From: a virus
Lineage: Duplodnaviria > Caudoviricetes
Length of the DNA: 57,339 nucleotides
Virus record (IMG/VR): IMGVR_UViG_3300035659_000014
Coordinates: 1-57,339 of that record
Direction: 5' to 3' (one strand)
The notes under the pieces are model-generated. The model was not told where the DNA came from. It searched no databases and worked only from the letters and a program-made list of their open reading frames with translations. The position numbers were made by a program, and so were the translations under genes. Positions 50,942 through 57,339 of this stretch are shown here, piece by piece. Numbering within the stretch: the stretch's first letter is position 1; each line of letters opens with the position of its first letter.

Positions 50942-51182
50942 CTCCGATGGCTGCTGTGTTTAGGGGGTCCGGGGCGGTCACACGCTCCGGGCTTCCGATA
51001 CTCAATTCTCGCATACCTTCGCCTTGTTTTCCACAGAAAACCGAAGAGGTTTCGCCTGCCGACTCAAGATTCACGGGTTGACCGTATGAAGGCTACCGAC
51101 TACGAAAAACCACGCCCTCTCCTGCCGGGGCCTTGTCCTGCGCCATCTACGCCGCCCTTCCGCTACCCGTGTTGACCCGTTC

Positions 51183-51395
51183 CTATTCCAACGTCCGCCG
51201 AACCCTGCCAACCTTGACTTGCGTGAGAGCGTACACGGCGACTTTCTCGCCATCTGAAAAGCTCTCATGGTCATCGATGTCCCACGCCAACAGCCCTTCG
51301 TCATGCTCCGGGCGAGTTACCAAGATTCGAGCTGGGAACTTCTCGGTCTTTCGCTTTTTCCTCATTCGCTTTTCTCCTTTTTCCGCCACCGCCAC
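51183..51395 (-). CDS. Hypothetical protein
   Basis: Similar to 3357..3554. Confidence 0.5.
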   Translation of the reverse strand: MAVAEKGEKRMRKKRKTEKFPARILVTRPEHDEGLLAWDIDDHESFSDGEKVAVYALTQVKVGRVRRTLE

Positions 51396-51617
51396 CGTTC
51401 AACCTGCGCATCGACGATCTCGACGACGACGAGGGCCAGTACCCACGCGACGCAGAAGCAGGCCCAGAACTTCGCGCCGGCGACCAGGAGGGAACCGAGG
51501 GTCATGTTGATCTTGGCCCCCTGCGTGCCAGCCGCTTCGCTCGCGCGTCCAGCCACAGCGCGAGGGCGAATTCCGCGAGCACGATCAGGCTCAGCCCGCC
51601 GCAGATGATTAGGGTTC

Positions 51618-51815
51618 TCATGCTGTGTCTCGCGTTTGTTCGCGTTCGCGGTTGACCGCCAGATCCAAGTCAATGCGGAGCTGCGCCACAAGTTCTTGGG
51701 CGTGGTACGGAGGTTCATGGTTGCAAAACCGATGTGGCGACTCTAAGACATTGGCATGACGGTCCAAATTGATTTCGATCGCTTCCACGCGCCGGAGAAT
51801 GTCTTCGAGGGTCAT
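51618..51815 (-). CDS. Hypothetical protein
   Basis: GGAGGGGAG SD. Confidence 0.5.
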   Translation of the reverse strand: MTLEDILRRVEAIEINLDRHANVLESPHRFCNHEPPYHAQELVAQLRIDLDLAVNREREQTRDTA

Positions 51816-51860
51816 CTACTCCCCTCCCTTCGCCGTCGCCTGGACGGGCGGGGCGGCAAA

Positions 51861-52604
51861 CTACACAAAGCAGTACCCGCTATCACACAACCCCGTGAAC
51901 AGGTCTGGTTCATCGTCGCCTGTCCAGTCCCGCAACGGGACGCGCCTTCTTGTCAGCCACAGATCGTCGTCTTGTTCGCGGATCGCATCTTCAAGTTGTG
52001 CAGCCCGCTTAAAGTCGGTTGGATAGTCGTGCTGAAGTGCTGTCCACTCTGCCACCGTATGGTTTGGACACATCCAACAGCTTGATCGTGGCGGGTCGGG
52101 CCAACCCATCGAGTTGACCAGCGTCACACAGTCACGGCGTGTCATTCGCTTTTCGATGAGTGGATACCAGTTCTGCCACTTTCCGTCTTCGGGCTTCACG
52201 CGGCGGGACTCGTCAAGGCTGATGCCGATCCAGATCCGAAACTGCGTCGCCGGGTACTGTTCATTTGCCCACCGCTGCAAGACGCGCCGTTTCCACTTAT
52301 CGGAACAGAACGTCGGCAACTTCCCCGTACCTGTGAACGCCGGGATAAGTAGATCGCCGTTGCCTGCGTAGAGATCCACCGTCGCATACTGACTTTTGGG
52401 TATCCGATGGAGTGTCACGCCGACAGACGCCAGCGCGGGGACGATAACCACGTTGTGGTACTCCCAGGTGGCTGACGCCTCCCGTTCGGTGTCCACGATG
52501 GCTGCCAAGTCTGACTTGGGTAGATCGCCGCGCACGATTAGGGCGGCAATCGCCGCGCTCTGCGTACCGCCCCCCGAGGACCAGACTTGAACACGCTCAC
52601 TCAT
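51861..52604 (-). CDS. PAPS reductase-like PP-loop protein
   Basis: SSGGGTQS, DTERE, CSDKWK, IGISLDE, YPLIE, PPRSSCWMCP, CDSGYC. Confidence 0.85.
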   Translation of the reverse strand: MSERVQVWSSGGGTQSAAIAALIVRGDLPKSDLAAIVDTEREASATWEYHNVVIVPALASVGVTLHRIPKSQYATVDLYAGNGDLLIPAFTGTGKLPTFCSDKWKRRVLQRWANEQYPATQFRIWIGISLDESRRVKPEDGKWQNWYPLIEKRMTRRDCVTLVNSMGWPDPPRSSCWMCPNHTVAEWTALQHDYPTDFKRAAQLEDAIREQDDDLWLTRRRVPLRDWTGDDEPDLFTGLCDSGYCFV

Positions 52605-52804
52605 TCGGCCACCTCCGCCCCCTTTTCTAGCGCGTCTCCCGCGTCGTCGTCAAACGGATCGGCATCTGACTGGTTATCGTCATTGCTAACGACCTCCCCA
52701 CACGGCTCGTAACTGTGGGGATCGTGCCGATCGCGCATCCGCTAGTGTTCGCCTTGATAGACCGGGTAGGGGTCGCGTTGACCGCATCCACTGCACTTAG
52801 GCAT

Positions 52805-53656
52805 CTACTCTCCTCCCTTCGCCGTCGCCTGGACGGACGGGGCTTCTAAGTAGCGCACCGACTTCCCGCGCTCAGCCGCGTAGACGATCTCATTGCGCGT
52901 TGATTCGCCAACATAGCCGCCGACGTTGAGAACTAACACCTCGTCGGCGAGATCAATCTTTCGCAAGTGCAGTTCGTCACACTGGACCTTGGTGCCCGTC
53001 TTCTCTCCGAAGTGGTCGGTACACTCGCAGTACCACATCGGCAGGAGCGTGCAGCCAAGTACGATGTTGCCCTGTCGCTCCAGTTCCCAGGTCTGAATGG
53101 CGAATTGTTCGATGAACCGCGTTGACCCGCACAAACAGATGATTTTCGGACGACCCGCCGGTCCTCCTGGCGCAGCCACGGCGCGGGCCGGCTCCGACTG
53201 GGCGGCGTAGGCGTCGAGGGCGGTCTCTACTGCATTTCGTGTCTCGTCAACCTGCCGCGTGAGCGTCACATAGCGACAACCCGTCTCGTGCCCGTCCCGC
53301 AAATTGCGATGGCACCAGCGACAGACCAGATCGCCCTGCGGTGGATAACGGAGGGCAGGACGCGCCATCTCCAACGCTTCCACCAGGCCCTTGGCCGTAC
53401 GCTCCGAGGCGGCCAGTTCGCGCTTGTACTGGTCCACGCACCCAACCATCGCATCTTCGGTGTGCTTGGCCTTGTCACGCTCGTCCTGGCGGGCAGTGCC
53501 AACAGCCACGGCAATCTTCTCGTCAAGCGACTTCTGTGCGAATGCCCGCAGGCGTTCGATGTCACCCGCCAGTACCGGGTTCACGGGTTCGGGCTGATTC
53601 CCGCACTCGATGCAATTCGCTAAGAGTTCATGACGACAAGCATGGTAATCTGTCAT
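52805..53656 (-). CDS. Coiled-coil protein with C-terminal nucleoside deoxyribosyltransferase-like domain
   Basis: IICLCGSTRF..HLRKIDLADEVLVLNVGGYVGESTRNEIVYA. Confidence 0.65.
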   Translation of the reverse strand: MTDYHACRHELLANCIECGNQPEPVNPVLAGDIERLRAFAQKSLDEKIAVAVGTARQDERDKAKHTEDAMVGCVDQYKRELAASERTAKGLVEALEMARPALRYPPQGDLVCRWCHRNLRDGHETGCRYVTLTRQVDETRNAVETALDAYAAQSEPARAVAAPGGPAGRPKIICLCGSTRFIEQFAIQTWELERQGNIVLGCTLLPMWYCECTDHFGEKTGTKVQCDELHLRKIDLADEVLVLNVGGYVGESTRNEIVYAAERGKSVRYLEAPSVQATAKGGE

Positions 53657-53964
53657 CCTTCGCTGCCTTTCTCAGCTGCGGCACGGGCCAGGACCGCAGA
53701 GATGCAACCGGCTTTGTGCCCCCATTCACGCAAGTTGCGGCACTCCAAGCACCGCGCGCGGATGTCGTTCTGCAGCCACACCCATTCATGGCGCACCAGC
53801 GCCGCGCGGAGCGCCGTCACCTCGCCCTCCAGCGCCTCGCCATGGGCGGCGGCCGCGCGCAATCCGTCTCCGCCACGAGATATGCAGTAGGCATCGGGTT
53901 CAGGGGACTCGGCGTCACGATGAGATGCCTCCTTCCGCAGTCGCGTCCAGATCGTCTCGTTCAC
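53653..53964 (-). CDS. Hypothetical protein
   Basis: Coupled overlaps; CLEC..H..C. Confidence 0.5.
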   Translation of the reverse strand: MNETIWTRLRKEASHRDAESPEPDAYCISRGGDGLRAAAAHGEALEGEVTALRAALVRHEWVWLQNDIRARCLECRNLREWGHKAGCISAVLARAAAEKGSEG

Positions 53965-54185
53965 GGTTCCTCCGTGTATCGGATCGGCGGGGCCGGACGT
54001 GGGTCGGCCAGACCACCACGAGGTTCAGCTCTTATCCGGTGGTTCTCTGCCTGGAGCGCCTGCACCTCAGCATGAAGTGCAAGCCAATCGGCGGCTAGGA
54101 GCTTGACCGCTTCAGCACTCAGACCGCGACGATCGAACGTGGCGAGCCCGTCTACCACTTCTTTCGTGAAGTACAGTTTCGTCAT
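53961..54185 (-). CDS. Hypothetical protein
   Basis: GGAGGAG SD; coupled overlaps. Confidence 0.5.
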   Translation of the reverse strand: MTKLYFTKEVVDGLATFDRRGLSAEAVKLLAADWLALHAEVQALQAENHRIRAEPRGGLADPRPAPPIRYTEEP

Positions 54186-54892
54186 GGCTCCTCCACGGGC
54201 AGGGCGCGGATATTGGCCGCGATTCGTTCAGCCGCGGCTTGTCCCTGCCGGTTGGATGTCATCTCGCAATGGTCACCTTGACGGTCTGCTTCGACCACGC
54301 ACCGCTCCCGCATCCGTTCGGCGGCCTGCAGCGCTTTGGCCTCCGCCTCCCGCGCCAGGTCGCACTGCTGCGCGAGCATGTGGGCGTTGACGGCCAAGTC
54401 CGCAGTGAGGTCATCACACCGCTGCCGTGTGGCGCTGTAGTCGGTCTGGAGCCGGGCCAAGTCGTCGCGGAGCTGTGTCACCTTGGCCTCGGTCTGTTTC
54501 AGATCCGCAATCCGCGTCAGACGCCACGCTTGCAATTCTTCGTCGGACAACTCTCTCCCTAGTGTGCTGTCGGACCATCCGGGGGTTTGCAGCGCCTCGT
54601 CGATCTGGGCGTACTCGTCGGCCATCGACTTGAAGGCTTCGATATTGCCCCGCGCATCCCGTTCCGCAATGAGCCGCGTCACCTCAGCCCGCAGCCCCTT
54701 GGCCCCATCGAGCAAGGCGCGCAGATCGGTTCTGTCCACCACACATTCTTCCTTGTCGATCAAGCAACGACTACGATTCACCAATGCCACCTCCAACCTC
54801 GCGTCGAAGTCGGTCGCCAAGTGCCGGTCACGGTCACTCTCCTTTGGGGGCCTACCGAAACCGTTCAATCCCTCCGCCGCGTCTCCCGCCAC
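54182..54892 (-). CDS. Coiled-coil hypothetical protein
   Basis: Heptad-rich; C-terminal ERMRERC..IRAL motif. Confidence 0.55.
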   Translation of the reverse strand: MAGDAAEGLNGFGRPPKESDRDRHLATDFDARLEVALVNRSRCLIDKEECVVDRTDLRALLDGAKGLRAEVTRLIAERDARGNIEAFKSMADEYAQIDEALQTPGWSDSTLGRELSDEELQAWRLTRIADLKQTEAKVTQLRDDLARLQTDYSATRQRCDDLTADLAVNAHMLAQQCDLAREAEAKALQAAERMRERCVVEADRQGDHCEMTSNRQGQAAAERIAANIRALPVEEP

Positions 54893-54998
54893 AGCGCCTG
54901 CGCCACCTCACGATCGACCAACCAAGAACTGGCCCGGCTCCTGGCCCACACCAGGAGCGCCCGGCCCCGTTGCACACCCTCTCCAGTGAAGGTGCTTG

Positions 54999-55457
54999 CT
55001 AGATCGCCGGGCTCGGACGGGCCACCAGTCCTTTCCACGCCTGCCACCGCGCCAGCAGCACTTCCTTCGCCCGGGCGGTCTGTAATCGATCGAGGCAGCC
55101 CGGGGTCATGTCCGGGAAGACCATCTCCCGAATCGAGTCCCACAGGAAACCGCTCGGCCATCCGCCGCCGCAGGACATCGCAAGCCCAATCTCGGTACAG
55201 ATAGCGCAGGTCCGATCGCGCCAAAACCGACCCTCGAACTTGTAGGTGAGAAGTTCATGTTTAGTCCCGATCGGGATCGTCTCGTTGCAATCGCAGCACT
55301 TGTGCGGCTTGCGTGCGATGACCATCCGTCTCACGCTGAACTGGACGGGCTCACCGTCGAAGTCCCCGATACAGACGCCGCAGTCACCCGTCTTCACGTT
55401 AAACCGCCACCGCGGCCCCGCACCGCTCGACTGTCGTTGGCCCGAAATTCTTGACAT
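54999..55457 (-). CDS. Zinc-binding hypothetical protein (start uncertain)
   Basis: ARKPHKCCDCNETI..TCAIC. Confidence 0.6.
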   Translation of the reverse strand: MSRISGQRQSSGAGPRWRFNVKTGDCGVCIGDFDGEPVQFSVRRMVIARKPHKCCDCNETIPIGTKHELLTYKFEGRFWRDRTCAICTEIGLAMSCGGGWPSGFLWDSIREMVFPDMTPGCLDRLQTARAKEVLLARWQAWKGLVARPSPAI

Positions 55458-57255
55458 CGCGCCGCAGGCGATAGAACGTCACGCCCTCGACGGGGTCCGC
55501 GCGCAGTTCGCGCTCGAGCTTGTCCATGTCCTTCTCGCTCTTGGTCGCCATCGCGATGACCTGCCCCGTCCAGGCGCTCACGAGCTGCTGGAAGACCTCG
55601 CGACTCGCCTCGTCGAAATGGTCGACGCGATCGATGACGACCCACCCGAGGCCGGTCACGTCGGCCAGGGCCATCTGTAGCGCGATGCCGACGCGGATCT
55701 GTTCGGTCTCGGAGAGCAGCGTCGCCGGGAACCCGTTGACCAGCACGGCCCACGGATCCAACGCGAAGTGCAGCTCGTACCCGAACATCACGAGCGCTTC
55801 GTTGATGCTGCCCTCGAACGCCCCGAGCGCCGTTTCCAGCGCCTTCAGGCGGGCACCGGACGGACCGAGCAGGTCACAGAGCCGCTCGAGCTCGTCGACG
55901 CGCCTGGCGGCGGCCTGGCGCTCCTGGGTCCGCTTCTGGCGCTCGGCCAGCTGTGCCTTGATGCGGTGGGCCTCGATCAACATCTGGTCGCCGGCGGCAA
56001 TCCGCTCCTCCAGGGTGGCGATGGCCTCTAACTCGACGGCCGAGCCGTCCGGCTGGCTGTCGCACGTGGTGAGGTCCTGTTCGAGCTTCGTGACGGCCGC
56101 CTGCGCCTCGGTGAGCATCTTCCCGTCACGCACCTGCTGCTCGCGCATCACCTTCAGGTCCGCGAGCTGGGCGGCCTGCTTCAGCCGCAACTCGTCCGCC
56201 GTGGCGAGCTCCGCGAGCGCCCCCTTCGCTTTGTCCTGCTGTTCGAGGAGTCCGGCAATCTGCGCGAGGATCTTGCGCGTGTGCGCGGCAAACGCCGCCC
56301 CGGGCGTCTTGCACGGGATCGCGGGATCGAGCAGGCACCCACGTTGCGGCTCGTGTCCCTGGATCGCTTTCGCGGCCGTGTCGAGCGGTTTCAACTTGCC
56401 TGCCACCTCCGCGATGAACGCCCGTTGCACGTCGAGCGCCTTCGCATCGACCGGCGACGCCTCGATCGCCTTGGCCAGCGCGGCGATCTGATTCGCGAGG
56501 TCCTTCGGATAGTCCCGGGCCCCGATCCCCGTCTGCACCTTGACGACCTTCTCGCGCGCGAGCGCCAGCTGCCGCGAAAGTTCGGCCGCCCGGCCGCGGT
56601 CCCGGGCTGTGGTCGCCTGCTGCTGCGCGTAGAGCTCGCGCTCTGCCTTCCGCAGCACCTCGATCTGCTCGGCGAGGTCGTCGGGCGGGAGTTCGCCCTC
56701 GGGCAGTGCCGGGATAACGATCGCGTTGAGCAACCGCTTGGCGATCGTCCGCTCCTCGTAGGCGTGCTGGTAGCGCAGGTCGATCTGGGCCAGCGTCAGC
56801 AGGTCGCCGTCGATCGGCACCTTGACGTCGAGCACGTCGAGCAGGATCTTCTGGCCCTCGGCCTCGCTCGTCACCTTGGGGTCGAGGAAACTGGTGCCGT
56901 TGCACAAGATGCGCACGACGCCCGGATTCATCGGCGGCAGCGGGCCTGACAGTTGGCCGTTGCCGTTCGCGGACACGCTGCGCGTGTACTCCTTGCCATC
57001 GAGGGTGAGCCCGACGGCGAGTCGCGCGGCGCACGTTGGCTTGCCGAAATCGCGAACGAGCGTTTTCGCATTCTTTCCGCCCGCGTCAGTTCCTCGGACA
57101 CAGCGACCGGACAGCGCGAACTCCAGACCATCTCCACAGCTACTTTTCCCGGTTCGGTTGGCGCCAATCAAGAACGTGATCGGCTGGTCGAAGATGAGTT
57201 CCGCGTCCTGAAAGCATCGAAAGTCTTTCAGGACCAGCCTATTGATTCGCATCAT
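55399..57255 (-). CDS. SMC/SbcC(Rad50)-like ATPase
   Basis: LVLKDFRCF, GANRTGKSS, long coiled coil with central Cys pair, LLSETE, VVIDRVD. Confidence 0.85.
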   Translation of the reverse strand: MMRINRLVLKDFRCFQDAELIFDQPITFLIGANRTGKSSCGDGLEFALSGRCVRGTDAGGKNAKTLVRDFGKPTCAARLAVGLTLDGKEYTRSVSANGNGQLSGPLPPMNPGVVRILCNGTSFLDPKVTSEAEGQKILLDVLDVKVPIDGDLLTLAQIDLRYQHAYEERTIAKRLLNAIVIPALPEGELPPDDLAEQIEVLRKAERELYAQQQATTARDRGRAAELSRQLALAREKVVKVQTGIGARDYPKDLANQIAALAKAIEASPVDAKALDVQRAFIAEVAGKLKPLDTAAKAIQGHEPQRGCLLDPAIPCKTPGAAFAAHTRKILAQIAGLLEQQDKAKGALAELATADELRLKQAAQLADLKVMREQQVRDGKMLTEAQAAVTKLEQDLTTCDSQPDGSAVELEAIATLEERIAAGDQMLIEAHRIKAQLAERQKRTQERQAAARRVDELERLCDLLGPSGARLKALETALGAFEGSINEALVMFGYELHFALDPWAVLVNGFPATLLSETEQIRVGIALQMALADVTGLGWVVIDRVDHFDEASREVFQQLVSAWTGQVIAMATKSEKDMDKLERELRADPVEGVTFYRLRRDVKNFGPTTVERCGAAVAV

Positions 57256-57339
57256 CTACCCCCTCAGACCTTCCAGCGTGACGACTTCGCGCCCGGACTC
57301 GGGGTCTGCTGCGTGTTCGTCGGGGCCTGCTGCTGCGGG
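57256..57339 (-). CDS. 3' end of the RecT-like gene (wrap-around)
   Basis: 28 in-frame codons PAAAGPDEH..EGLRG-stop, abutting the ATPase ATG. Confidence 0.65.
   Translation of the reverse strand, partial: PAAAGPDEHAADPESGREVVTLEGLRG

Overview
GC-rich temperate tailed phage, probably a complete circular siphovirus-type genome. A RecT-like ORF runs off position 1 and continues in frame from the right end to a stop at 57256-57258. Modules: recombination (SMC/SbcC-like ATPase, RecT-like, Cas4/RecB-like exonuclease); early mini-genes; a lysogeny switch (xis, cro, cI, tyrosine integrase, attP formed by the 3' half of a tRNA-Ala(CGC)); an accessory block (Arc-like RHH, HNH, ASCH, ParB plus ABC-ATPase/GNAT); lysis (SleB-type hydrolase, holin); tail, head and packaging genes, with a GT4-methyltransferase-GT2 fusion and a tRNA-Met(CAT) inside; replication and DNA-modification genes. 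Most unusual: period-5 GRY-NN tracts flanking an orphan gene (VIPR-guide-like, no recognisable effector), export-type N-termini on the tail fibre, a head-module protein and TerL, two structured non-coding regions with their own promoters, a split morphogenesis gene and a +1 tail-chaperone frameshift. All product calls come from motif recognition by eye, with no database searches.
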